Shown: positions 34,148 to 43,848, numbered from the stretch's first letter. The stretch is 64,000 nucleotides of DNA from a virus (IMGVR_UViG_3300032270_000543:85887-149886); one strand, 5' to 3'. Notes: generated from the sequence alone by a model not told the origin. Numbers and translations: made by a program.

Positions 34148-35203
34148 GTGATCCCCGTGGCTAAACAGAAAGAGAAAACTCAGTCTGCGCGACCTAGCAA
34201 AACCATCGTGGTTGCATTCGGTCGCTTTCAGCCACCAACTTCAGGACACCAACTGCTCGTTGACAAAGTGGTGGAGACTGCCAAGAAACATGGCGCAGAA
34301 CACGCCATGTTCAGCAGTCGCACCAACGATCCAAAGAAGAACCCTCTAACCCCCAAGCAGAAGTTTCACTATCTGAAGAAGTTTTTTCCCGAAGCGAACT
34401 TCATCGACAACGCCAAGATCAAGAATCCAGTGGATATGCTGTTCTGGTTGGCAGACAAGGGCTACGATCATGTGCTGCTTGTTGGTGGAGAAGACCGCGA
34501 GGGTGGTTATGAAATGTTCAAGGACTTGATGAAACCCACCGCCACGGAAAGGCTCAAGTTGAAGTCGTTGAACATTGTCAGCGCAGGCAAGCGCGATGAG
34601 AAGGCTGGTGGAGTTGTGGGAATGAGCGCATCTAAACTTCGCGCCGCCGCTGCTGAAAATGACTTTGCGACATTTAAAACTGGAATGCCTCGCCGCGTAA
34701 ACACAGCAGACGCAAAGGCACTGTTCAATGACCTAAAGAAAGGTATGCGTACAGTCCGCAAGGAAGATGTGGACTACGGTGACATTTATGCCACTGCTGC
34801 GATTCGTCTTGTGGAAAGCGACAAGAAAAAGCGCAGACCCGATACACCTGGTCAGACTGGTGGCTTCTCCAAGCACAATAAAATATTCCCCACTCCCCCG
34901 TGCAAGATTGACGAAGACTTGGCGCGGTGGTTCAAAGAGAAGTGGGTGAATATTGGCGGCAAGAAAGACCCCAAGACAGGGCAGTATCCGCCCTGTGGTC
35001 GCCATGACACCTCTACGGGAAAATACCCCAAGTGCCGTCCCGCCAATAAGGTAAGCAGTGAAACCCCCGAAACCGTGGGCGAGATGACTCCCAAAGAGAG
35101 AAAATCGGCTGTGATTCAAAAAAGACGGGTTGAACCAGAGACACAAAGAAGCGGAAAAGGCAACGCCCCGCATATGACTAGCCACTTGAAAAAGCCTAAA
35201 TAA
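34148..35203 (+). CDS. HxGH-superfamily nucleotidyltransferase ('cytidyltransferase') + C-terminal basic module
   Basis: FGRFQPPTSGH, KNPL, G.DR, MSASKLR; IDE junction before LARWFKEKWV module. Confidence 0.85.
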   Translation: MIPVAKQKEKTQSARPSKTIVVAFGRFQPPTSGHQLLVDKVVETAKKHGAEHAMFSSRTNDPKKNPLTPKQKFHYLKKFFPEANFIDNAKIKNPVDMLFWLADKGYDHVLLVGGEDREGGYEMFKDLMKPTATERLKLKSLNIVSAGKRDEKAGGVVGMSASKLRAAAAENDFATFKTGMPRRVNTADAKALFNDLKKGMRTVRKEDVDYGDIYATAAIRLVESDKKKRRPDTPGQTGGFSKHNKIFPTPPCKIDEDLARWFKEKWVNIGGKKDPKTGQYPPCGRHDTSTGKYPKCRPANKVSSETPETVGEMTPKERKSAVIQKRRVEPETQRSGKGNAPHMTSHLKKPK

Positions 35204-35220
35204 TCAAAACGGAGGCTCAC

Positions 35221-36444
35221 ATGGACGGAATCGGAAACGATGGCGGAATCACATCCAAATTGAATACCCTGCTACGCATGGGTCTGGTGTCGCGTAACAA
35301 TGTGCGCCGCGCCCAATTCCTGTTTCAGAATCCTGAAAAGGCAATGAAGAACCCCGCGTACCGCCTGCTAATGCAGGAAATCCTCATGGATGTGGTGGAT
35401 CGCGTCCTGAACAACCGCCAACTTTACACCGTCCTGCGGCAGACCATCTCCAAGGAACCGAACCTGACCACAGAATCCGTTCAGGGGGAGCGCATGAAGA
35501 CCCTGTTGAGAAGCGGTCTTGTGAAAAAGAAGAATATGCTTGCTGCTCGTCGCGCCCTGGAGTCGAATGCCAATGCCATGCAGATGAGCGCGGTCAAAGT
35601 GTACCGCGAGATGATGATTGACATGATGGACACTATGGTGAGCAAAATTACTGGTTCTCCTGTGCTGTTCAACGCATTCAAGCGCACGATGGGCAAGCAA
35701 GAGGTCGAAGAGTCATTCGAGGTTCCAACACAGGAAAGCCTTGAAGAATTCTTCTACATGGAAGATGTGCAGACCCTCATGGAGAAGAACAAGCCAACCA
35801 ATCCAAGCCTGTGGGCAAAGATGAAGGCTGCTGCCAAGAAGAAGTTTGATGTGTATCCGTCTGCCTACGCCAACGGTTGGGCTGTCAAGCAGTACAACGA
35901 AAAGGGCGGCGGATGGAAGAGCGTGAGCGAAGGCAAGACATTCTTCAACTTCATGGACGAGTTGGACGAGGAGATCACTCCCGCTCGTCAGGCTGTGATT
36001 GACCGCGAAAAGGAAAAGGCTTCAAAGGCTCTGAACAAGGGCAAGACCGCCAAAGAACGCGACAGAGGATACGCCCGTGGTTCGCGCATCAACTACCTTG
36101 AACTCGTACACAAGTACGGACGCAAGTCGGACAAAGAAGGCAGTCCGTATCAGGTAAACAAGCGTGAACTGAACAAGTGGCGCAAGGCTGAACACAGCAT
36201 GAGAGAAGGATGGGAAGGCTCTCCTGCCCAATCCAAACTAAAGAAAGCCAAGGCTGACTATGCCAAGCACTCCGCTGAAATGAGCAAGCCTGTTCCGCCA
36301 ACAAAGGGTTCCACCAATCCGATGGCGCGACAGGACACCAAGAGCGGCAAGATGTATTGGGCGGCGGATCGCCGCAAGAAGAGCGGAACAGGAACCAAGC
36401 GAGCGTCCGATGCGGACTACCGCTCAGACACAACTTCAGAGTAA
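35221..36444 (+). CDS. modular internal-head-type protein
   Basis: duplicated TLLR.GLV module; NKPTNPSLW...YPSAYANGW..KGGGW module; many xxE junctions; CTAAATA at 35196. Confidence 0.75.
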   Translation: MDGIGNDGGITSKLNTLLRMGLVSRNNVRRAQFLFQNPEKAMKNPAYRLLMQEILMDVVDRVLNNRQLYTVLRQTISKEPNLTTESVQGERMKTLLRSGLVKKKNMLAARRALESNANAMQMSAVKVYREMMIDMMDTMVSKITGSPVLFNAFKRTMGKQEVEESFEVPTQESLEEFFYMEDVQTLMEKNKPTNPSLWAKMKAAAKKKFDVYPSAYANGWAVKQYNEKGGGWKSVSEGKTFFNFMDELDEEITPARQAVIDREKEKASKALNKGKTAKERDRGYARGSRINYLELVHKYGRKSDKEGSPYQVNKRELNKWRKAEHSMREGWEGSPAQSKLKKAKADYAKHSAEMSKPVPPTKGSTNPMARQDTKSGKMYWAADRRKKSGTGTKRASDADYRSDTTSE

Positions 36445-36456
36445 AAGGTAAATCAC

Positions 36457-37929
36457 ATGAGCGAACACAAGAGATTCAAGGCATTCCGCAGCGAACTGAC
36501 CGAGAGTGAGTACAAGGAAACCCTCACGGGCTATCCCAATCGTGGCATCAACACCGAAGACGGACCCGTCAACTTTGGTCCTGAGCGCATGGCACAGATC
36601 AACGCCATGTTGAATGCCATCAGCCACAGCACCTTTCAGTCTCCCAACGAAGCGTTCATCCGCATCAAGACGCGCCTGAACCTGCTCATGCTGGACTTCC
36701 CGTGGACACCGTATCTGTGGCAGGATGGCGGCACTGGTCCTGTTACTCTCACCGTAACCCTGTTCGGTCGCGTTGACGGCATTGACGGCAACACAGGCAA
36801 TGTCGTGATGAACGGCAAGGCTAATCCCACCGCAGGACTGCAAGAGTTTACCCTGCTGGCTTCCATTGAAATGGCAGAAAACGGGCTGTATCGCGTCAAC
36901 GCCAAACTCATGCCCAAGGCTGATGCAGTGGTAGCCGAAGAAGGCGTAGAGCATGACGGCGACAGCCTTGACGAGATGGCACAGACTCCTGCTCGTCAGC
37001 GGGACATGGAACACGCGATTCAGCGTGCCGATGTCAAGGCTCAACGCGGCTACGAAGCCAAGATGAACAAGACGGGCAAGGCTGCGGAGCGTGGACGCAA
37101 ACTGGAAGACAAGCACGATACTGCTGTGCGCCGTCTGATTGCGCGTGATACCAAGGAATACGAGTCTGAAAAACTGTACGGTCGCGGCGGCAAGATCGTG
37201 AAGGGCAAGCGCAAGCCCGTGAAGGAAGAGGTTGAGCCTATTGAAGAAATGCACAAGGCGGGAGATTCCGTCAAGGTTCCCCACAAGGGCAAGATGGTGA
37301 AGGGTAAGATCGTTCGCCACGACAGCGGCGGCAGCGGCAAGGCACAGCAGCACGGCGGCGGTTATGTGGTTGATGTTGGCGAGTACGGCAGCATCACCGT
37401 TCCCCACCACAAGATTGTGAAGGAAGCCGCCGAACAGATTGACGAGTTGAGCAAGAAGACGAAGGACGCATATGTTGCCAAGCGTGGTTCGCAACTATCG
37501 TCCATGTTGAGCGGACACACCCGTGGCAAGCAACTCACTGGCAAGCAGCAAGCCAATGCCGTCAAGGGCATCAAGCAGGCTACGGGCGTGAGCGAAGAAC
37601 TCGTTGGCGGTCAGAAGAAGATTGATGCCAACAAGAACGGCAAACTTGACGCACAGGACTTCAAGATGCTCCGCGCCAAGAAGAAGCCTGTGAAGGAAGA
37701 GACTGTTGCCGAAGCCAAGAAGTTCAAGGCATGGACTCCTCGCTTGGACAAACTGATGAAGAACCGTGACGCGGTTCGCAGCAAGCCCAAGAAGACCGTC
37801 AAGGAAGACAACACCACATATGTGGGCGGAATCTCCCTACAGCAGCCAGACCCAACCGTTTCGCAGGCGGATCAGAGCGGCAAAGGTCGCCGCTTCCACA
37901 AGAAGGCGCAAAAAGGCGTCTTCGAATAA
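36457..37929 (+). CDS. modular internal-head-type polyprotein
   Basis: KRFKAFRSELTE leader; modules bounded by LDE, VKEE, IEE, IDE, VSEE, VAE, VKE; EF-hand-like DANKNGKLDAQD. Confidence 0.78.
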   Translation: MSEHKRFKAFRSELTESEYKETLTGYPNRGINTEDGPVNFGPERMAQINAMLNAISHSTFQSPNEAFIRIKTRLNLLMLDFPWTPYLWQDGGTGPVTLTVTLFGRVDGIDGNTGNVVMNGKANPTAGLQEFTLLASIEMAENGLYRVNAKLMPKADAVVAEEGVEHDGDSLDEMAQTPARQRDMEHAIQRADVKAQRGYEAKMNKTGKAAERGRKLEDKHDTAVRRLIARDTKEYESEKLYGRGGKIVKGKRKPVKEEVEPIEEMHKAGDSVKVPHKGKMVKGKIVRHDSGGSGKAQQHGGGYVVDVGEYGSITVPHHKIVKEAAEQIDELSKKTKDAYVAKRGSQLSSMLSGHTRGKQLTGKQQANAVKGIKQATGVSEELVGGQKKIDANKNGKLDAQDFKMLRAKKKPVKEETVAEAKKFKAWTPRLDKLMKNRDAVRSKPKKTVKEDNTTYVGGISLQQPDPTVSQADQSGKGRRFHKKAQKGVFE

Positions 37930-37948
37930 ACACTGATCTCTTTTCATC

Positions 37949-38332
37949 ATGGACTTCAAACAGTTGAACCGCGAAAACTTCATGCTTTATGCCATCGGGA
38001 ACTACACCAATCCCGATTGCTTGGGCATGAACGAGTTCAATGAAGACATTTCAAAAATCAAGTATGTGAAGCGGTTGCTGAAGAAGTATCAGCGAACGGG
38101 ACGAATCCGTCCGATCCTGCTTCTGAACCATCTAATGATACTTGGAAATGTGTTTGGGCGTGAGCCTGCATCACGAATGCTGTTCTATAAATTAGAACCC
38201 GATATCCATTCCGCCCTCAAGACAGTCCTCTTGTTCATCGAATACATAGAGGACGGGGCAATGCTTGACGGACGAGCATTGGCAGACATCCCGCTAGACT
38301 CCAATCTTGCACGGATACTGAAGCAACTGTAA
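37949..38332 (+). CDS. conserved T4-like phage protein (DUF7207-like)
   Basis: L...NFMLYA..Y.NP.C....F.ED...KYVKRL...LLNH...L.NVFG. Confidence 0.8.
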   Translation: MDFKQLNRENFMLYAIGNYTNPDCLGMNEFNEDISKIKYVKRLLKKYQRTGRIRPILLLNHLMILGNVFGREPASRMLFYKLEPDIHSALKTVLLFIEYIEDGAMLDGRALADIPLDSNLARILKQL

Positions 38333-38769
38333 TGGCAAACACCACAATAAATCCATTCGTTCCCCACAACAGCACGGTAAAAGCGTGGTGTTCCGTAAGT
38401 CCACACCATGCAGACCCGCCAACACAGGAGCGAATTGATCTGCGTTCGTTCTGTGACGGCTACAACCTGTATTTGGATATCGAATCGCAGACCTATGCAG
38501 CATCAACTGCTGGTACAGGTGCTTTGAAATTCACCTTTGTCAACCCCATGCAGGACGACAAATACAAGGTTTTCGTTCAGGTGTACGCAGATCCGTCTTT
38601 CTCTCCCGCTGTTGCCCATGTGCTGAACTCACCCCAATACCCGAAGACAACTGATTCGTTTTGGATTCGATTGGGATCGTCGTACAGAGGAAGTCAAGAC
38701 AATATTGGGCTGTATTCCACGCGGCTGTTGACTTCAGGAAAAATCAAACTCAAAGTGGTGGTGCTATGA
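38332..38769 (+). CDS. virion accessory protein (KAW...F..PM....Y.V domain)
   Basis: same domain pattern occurs twice at the N-terminus of the next gene; TAATG coupling. Confidence 0.65.
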   Translation: MANTTINPFVPHNSTVKAWCSVSPHHADPPTQERIDLRSFCDGYNLYLDIESQTYAASTAGTGALKFTFVNPMQDDKYKVFVQVYADPSFSPAVAHVLNSPQYPKTTDSFWIRLGSSYRGSQDNIGLYSTRLLTSGKIKLKVVVL

Positions 38770-41700
38770 CATCGGTTTCGCAATATACATCCAGCACAGT
38801 CAATGTTCCAACTTGCAATGCGTGGGCAAACATTGTTCTTGGAAACCAACTCAACTCGTCCCTTATTAGTGATCATTACGGCATAACGGGAACCCGTAGA
38901 ATTGTAGCGGGACACCACGGTATTTGCTTCAGCAATTCCAACGAGTTTGCATCGGGAGAGTATGTGGTTGTGTACACTCCCGAACTGCGGTACGATGGAT
39001 CTGATTGCGTTCTGTTCGTTGGATGCGATTACAACATGGAGAAATCCTCCACATGGGTTCCTTCAGGTGGAGTATGTGCAGGACCAACTGCATCAACCGA
39101 AGTTCGTGTGTGGTTTATGAACTCTAGCCAAGCAGGATTCGTTTCTGGTAGTGGTCTTGGTACAAACACAGGCAGAGGACCGCACATTTCTAACAATCCG
39201 CTTCCTGACATTGGTACAGGCAGCAATGGAAACGGTGTTGCCAATGGAACAGTCGATGATACAGGAACTGGTCCAGGAACTGGTGGAGGAACTGATCCTG
39301 ATGACAATACTAATACAGGTCAAGGACCAGGCAGCGGACCAGGTAGCAATCGTGATGTTACTTTCGGTGAAGTAGCACTCAACATGGCTGCTTTCTCGTT
39401 CAGCAAGGACAACGAGATTCACAGTCGCTTGGGTGGTACATTTGATTTTATTCCTGGCGCTTCTGGCTACGGTCTTCAGGGAAACACCTACGCTTCTACT
39501 GCAATGAACCTTTCCGAAAAGCGAAAGGCTGTTGCATACGGAACGATTGTGATTCCAGGTATTGAAACCACTGCGTCAACGGTGCATCCGTATTTCGAAA
39601 ACTCGCTTGGGATTGCAGGACTATCCGCAGGAGAAAACTCTGTTTTTGATGTGTACTTCAATGGAACTATGAAGAATAGTTCGTACTGCGTGATACTAAC
39701 GGCAGAATCAGAGCAGGGATATCGGGGTGGATTCGATCCTAATCTGCCTGGCGACATTCCAACGGAAGGCGAGTTCTCCGTAGTCGCGGTTCGCGCTGGC
39801 AGCAACGGTGACACAAAAACTCCATCGTTCTTCCGTATTGAACAGTATAAGAAGGATGCTGCGAGTGGATTCTGGGGTGTGTCTCCTATTGCAATGAAGG
39901 CAGGACGCACAGAGCGCATTCACTTCATGGTGTTTGGAGAGACAAGTAACGGCAAGTCTTGGCTGACCAATCCAAACCCACTCTCTTCGTTTGGCGGAAG
40001 TCTACAAAACACCGACTACAATGTTTGGGCGGTTGATTTCTTCGGAAGATCCAATGCGTCAGCCCCATCGGTACTTCCTATGATATGGGAGTCTGGCAGC
40101 ACTCCGTATATTCATCCAGAAGCAGGATACACTGCACATCCAGATGATTTCATCAGGCAAGCAGCGGAAAAATTGAAGACTGTGCCAGAGGGCAGACGAG
40201 TGTACTGTCCAGGAATGTATTACACTGTTGCACCCGTTTCAAGAACAAATCCTGTTTCAAGTGAACGGCTAGTACAATACTACGCCATCAAGGATGGATA
40301 CACATACTCAAGCACTCTGTATCCTGCGGGAATAACAAACAGTGAAGTAAAAATCAACGGTATCACTTTTTACGGTGCAACTCTTGCAGGTACTCGTAGA
40401 GTTCTGTCGCTGTACGCCGACAACCAAGTAGAAGACATCAAAACTTCTCTAGAGAATTTCCTGACCAAACTGTCAGAATACGGTGCAAGCGTTAATTACA
40501 TTTCCGATGATGCAGAAAACCTTGCTGGCGTTGGAATGTATGATGTTGGTGGTGGTCTTGCAACTGAAGCAAAAGGTGGTGGGTACGCTCAGGGAAGACA
40601 ACTGCTCACCAATCAGGGGATGATTGGCAACACTCTGGAAATGCTGTTCGACTATTACGGCATCTCTGCTGCGGGTTCCTGTGGAGCAAAGATAAACGCA
40701 TTTGATCCTGAATTGCTGCGTGCATGGGCATACGATCCACGCAACACCACATATCAGTTTTCCACTGATGGTGTTACCGCAAGCGACTCTCCCACTATTT
40801 CTTCCCGCTTCTTGGACATATACAAGTCTTTGTTTGCGTACTACGGAGGAACAGGAACAACCGCTTCCTCTTATACAGGTGCAATCGACCTCCTGTATAA
40901 CAACGGAACCAATGTGAGTTCAACATATCGTTCTGCATATTGGGCTACGGACTACAGCCCGTATCAGGGAATGACGACAAACAATTTTGCTAGATTCCAC
41001 ATTGCTTATGCACACGAGCAAACAATGGTGGAACTGTATTACGGGCACTATCGGTACAAAGCGTACAAGCCTGCACTGGATCGTGGAGCAACATACACAC
41101 AGTACGATTCTGTAAAGGTTAATCTTGAAGACCTTCCGTTTGCATCAGATGCAAACTCTTATCCTAAAGTCGGTTCTTCTCCCGTAAGACAGGGAATGAT
41201 TGCTCCTGTTCTGTATGGTGATGGACTTGGTGCTTGGGGTAATGATTATCACCTGATCCGAAACATCGGATATTTCCCAAATCCAACTAACGATGCCGAG
41301 AAGTACTACTTCTCTGGCTACACATACCCACAGGGTAGACCGTATTCAGAATACGGAAGCATTCGTGATGGTTGCAAGCATTTCTATCCTAGAACGGCAC
41401 TGCTTGGTGGTGTTGGTGGAAGTAGTCCAGGCTTCACAGGAAACACCGCTGCCAATACAGGAGTTCAAGGCGCAACAATTGCGGTTGCTCCTGCCTCTGG
41501 TGGAAAAACACTTGAAGTATGGGGTGGATTCACTGCAAAAGCAGGTGACTACATTTGGTTCCGCTCACACGGTGCGTCTGCATACAGTACACCATTCACT
41601 GTTGCAGCAGGTTTGACAGCCAGCACAGGTCAAAAGAAAACGCTGTCTGTGTTTGAGGATCTGGGTGGTTACGGATTGGTCGCGGGTCATACTTTTGAAA

Positions 41701-42287
41701 TAGAAAGAACGGCATCGAATGGAGGTTTTGCACAGTTTGTCCACAGTCTTCAGTATGTAAGAGCGATTCTGCGTGGAAATTCAGAAATTGCAACTCATGG
41801 AATGTGTCCTTGGGTAAGCGGTCCTGGCTTTGGATTTGGTGCCCAATGGCACTACAACGAAGACAATCGGTATTGGTGGGAGCAGAATTACCACTTGTTG
41901 GTATCAGGAACTAGTTTCTTCAACTTCTTTGATCAAGGCGGGGAATGGCTTACAATGGAGAAACTGCTGTCCAACTGGCGGAATCTCACCAGCAACTCCC
42001 GCTGCATTTCAGCAACAAAGAGCAAGATAGCCTTGAACTCCGAAGTGTTTACTAGCGGTGGCGTTTTGAAAGAAGGACCAAACAAGGGATTGTATCTGTG
42101 GAGAATCACGGTTCGTCCTGGTCCTCTGGAAGAAACTGTTACGCTTGTGCAAAACCGCCGTCAGGACATTCCACGCACACTTACGGTTCCTGGTGGAGAG
42201 TATCCCGATCACAACAACATGGGTACACGCGGTGTGTGGTTGATCACTTCGTCATCACTGGCTCCAGAGTACAGCATTCAAAAATAA
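38766..42287 (+). CDS. large virion-associated protein, possibly with a carbohydrate-active C-terminal domain
   Basis: ATGA-coupled start at 38766; two N-terminal repeat domains, G/T/D/N-rich insert, Y/G-rich globular C-terminus. Confidence 0.75.
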   Translation: MTSVSQYTSSTVNVPTCNAWANIVLGNQLNSSLISDHYGITGTRRIVAGHHGICFSNSNEFASGEYVVVYTPELRYDGSDCVLFVGCDYNMEKSSTWVPSGGVCAGPTASTEVRVWFMNSSQAGFVSGSGLGTNTGRGPHISNNPLPDIGTGSNGNGVANGTVDDTGTGPGTGGGTDPDDNTNTGQGPGSGPGSNRDVTFGEVALNMAAFSFSKDNEIHSRLGGTFDFIPGASGYGLQGNTYASTAMNLSEKRKAVAYGTIVIPGIETTASTVHPYFENSLGIAGLSAGENSVFDVYFNGTMKNSSYCVILTAESEQGYRGGFDPNLPGDIPTEGEFSVVAVRAGSNGDTKTPSFFRIEQYKKDAASGFWGVSPIAMKAGRTERIHFMVFGETSNGKSWLTNPNPLSSFGGSLQNTDYNVWAVDFFGRSNASAPSVLPMIWESGSTPYIHPEAGYTAHPDDFIRQAAEKLKTVPEGRRVYCPGMYYTVAPVSRTNPVSSERLVQYYAIKDGYTYSSTLYPAGITNSEVKINGITFYGATLAGTRRVLSLYADNQVEDIKTSLENFLTKLSEYGASVNYISDDAENLAGVGMYDVGGGLATEAKGGGYAQGRQLLTNQGMIGNTLEMLFDYYGISAAGSCGAKINAFDPELLRAWAYDPRNTTYQFSTDGVTASDSPTISSRFLDIYKSLFAYYGGTGTTASSYTGAIDLLYNNGTNVSSTYRSAYWATDYSPYQGMTTNNFARFHIAYAHEQTMVELYYGHYRYKAYKPALDRGATYTQYDSVKVNLEDLPFASDANSYPKVGSSPVRQGMIAPVLYGDGLGAWGNDYHLIRNIGYFPNPTNDAEKYYFSGYTYPQGRPYSEYGSIRDGCKHFYPRTALLGGVGGSSPGFTGNTAANTGVQGATIAVAPASGGKTLEVWGGFTAKAGDYIWFRSHGASAYSTPFTVAAGLTASTGQKKTLSVFEDLGGYGLVAGHTFEIERTASNGGFAQFVHSLQYVRAILRGNSEIATHGMCPWVSGPGFGFGAQWHYNEDNRYWWEQNYHLLVSGTSFFNFFDQGGEWLTMEKLLSNWRNLTSNSRCISATKSKIALNSEVFTSGGVLKEGPNKGLYLWRITVRPGPLEETVTLVQNRRQDIPRTLTVPGGEYPDHNNMGTRGVWLITSSSLAPEYSIQK

Positions 42288-42295
42288 GGACTAGC

Positions 42296-42475
42296 ATGGC
42301 ACAAAACATCAAGAAATTCTCTGCATTCATTAAAGAAGATATGCCACCTCCCATCGCACCTCCCACAAATATTGCGGACGGTTCAAAAATTGCAGGGCTT
42401 CCACCTGATCTTCCCCCTGTTCCACAACGCCGCAATAAATCAAAAATAGGTCGCCGTAAACCCCCTGTAGCCTAA
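42296..42475 (+). CDS. small Pro-rich internal-head-type protein
   Basis: IKKFSAFIKE leader; AAGGA SD. Confidence 0.65.
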   Translation: MAQNIKKFSAFIKEDMPPPIAPPTNIADGSKIAGLPPDLPPVPQRRNKSKIGRRKPPVA

Positions 42476-42515
42476 ATACTTTGGTCGGTGGGCTTTACAG
42501 AAAGGAAGTGACCAC

Positions 42516-42953
42516 ATGATTAGTCCTGAACTAATTTCACTCGTAGGCGGTTCTGCTACAGGCTTCCTGTTCCGTTTCATGGCAGAGAAGCGGCAAGATC
42601 AGAAGGAAATGTTCGAACGCCTCATGGCGCAGAACAAGCAGACCACAGAGAACCAAGACAAGGCAGCAGAGCGCGTTCCGCTTGATTTGGGCAAGGGCAT
42701 TCGCCAACTCATCGTGCTTGCGGTGCTGTTCGCCACCCTGATGGCTCCTTTCATCCTGCCGTTCTTTGGTCTGCCCACATTCGTGGAAGTGGACGCACAG
42801 AACCCCGAGGGGCTGTTCGGACTGATCCCCGCCACTACTAAGAAGTATTTCGTTGAGGTCAACGGCTTCCTGTTTGCGTCCGAAACTCGTCAAATTCTCG
42901 TAAGCATCGTGGGCTTCTACTTCGGTAGTGCCGCTGCTTCCAACAAGTCGTAA
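42516..42953 (+). CDS. multi-TM membrane protein (holin-like candidate)
   Basis: hydrophobic segments, C-terminal IVGFYFGS; CTAAATA at 42472. Confidence 0.6.
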   Translation: MISPELISLVGGSATGFLFRFMAEKRQDQKEMFERLMAQNKQTTENQDKAAERVPLDLGKGIRQLIVLAVLFATLMAPFILPFFGLPTFVEVDAQNPEGLFGLIPATTKKYFVEVNGFLFASETRQILVSIVGFYFGSAAASNKS

Positions 42954-42964
42954 AGGAGCCGCAC

Positions 42965-43273
42965 ATGAAAAGACTTCCACTACTACTCCTTGCCTTCCTG
43001 TCTGGCTGCGCCAGCATGACCGCGCCCGAGATGGTGCCTGACAACACCACCGACAGCGTGATTATGATGAAACTGAAGCACGAAATCCTCAACGGCGATC
43101 AGATCAGTCAGAATTGGGGATGGATTCTTTGGTACCTGCCCGTGCTGTTCTTGGTCGTAGCATGGGCTTGGAAGGAGTTCGTCAAGAAGAAGGACGATTG
43201 TGACGAAGAAGAAACAGAGGCTCCTGTCAAGGGACAGCCTGCTCCACAGGACGACACCACTACGGTTCCTTAA
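42965..43273 (+). CDS. lipoprotein with C-terminal TM helix (unimolecular-spanin-like topology)
   Basis: lipobox LSGC; TM WGWILWYLPVLFLVVAWAW; AAGGAG SD. Confidence 0.65.
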   Translation: MKRLPLLLLAFLSGCASMTAPEMVPDNTTDSVIMMKLKHEILNGDQISQNWGWILWYLPVLFLVVAWAWKEFVKKKDDCDEEETEAPVKGQPAPQDDTTTVP

Positions 43274-43848
43274 TCGTCCACGCAGCGCACATCTTCAGGC
43301 AGTGATTCGTACATCTTCTTGCAGATGTAGTACGAGTCAACAATATCTGAAACTGGACTCACGCACTCCTGACGCTTCGGTGTCAGGAGTGTTTTCAAAT
43401 CCACACCTGTTTCGTGCGCCCATGCTGCGTACATGGCGTTCTTGTCTGCGTTGCCCTTGCCTGTGGCGTACTTCTTGACTTCGGTGGGTGGAATCACCGT
43501 AAGCGGCACACCCAACTGGTATAGTTTGTACTTCAGGATGCCAGTGTTCTCGGCAATGTGAAACACCCGTCCACTTGCAGAGTACGCATAGCCTTCAAGG
43601 GCTACATGGGTGCAGCCCATCACGATGTCCATTGCCCAATCTGCAATGGTTTCGTAGCGGTGCTGATCGTTGTCCCAATCGCTCAACCGCTCACCAAAGA
43701 TGTTCATGGTGCGGATCTCGGACTGCCGCTTGTTGTCTGTCAGGAAATAGAAGGAGCAGCCACCATAGGAGAACTTTCCTGTGGCGTTGGCGCGGAATAG
43801 GCAGATGGCTGGACCGCACAGAGAATAATCAATACCTGCTATCACCAT
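43270..43848 (-). CDS. RuvC-like Holliday junction resolvase
   Basis: AGIDYS, LEGY, P..VKK.ATGKGNADK, DIVDS. Confidence 0.88.
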   Translation of the reverse strand: MVIAGIDYSLCGPAICLFRANATGKFSYGGCSFYFLTDNKRQSEIRTMNIFGERLSDWDNDQHRYETIADWAMDIVMGCTHVALEGYAYSASGRVFHIAENTGILKYKLYQLGVPLTVIPPTEVKKYATGKGNADKNAMYAAWAHETGVDLKTLLTPKRQECVSPVSDIVDSYYICKKMYESLPEDVRCVDD

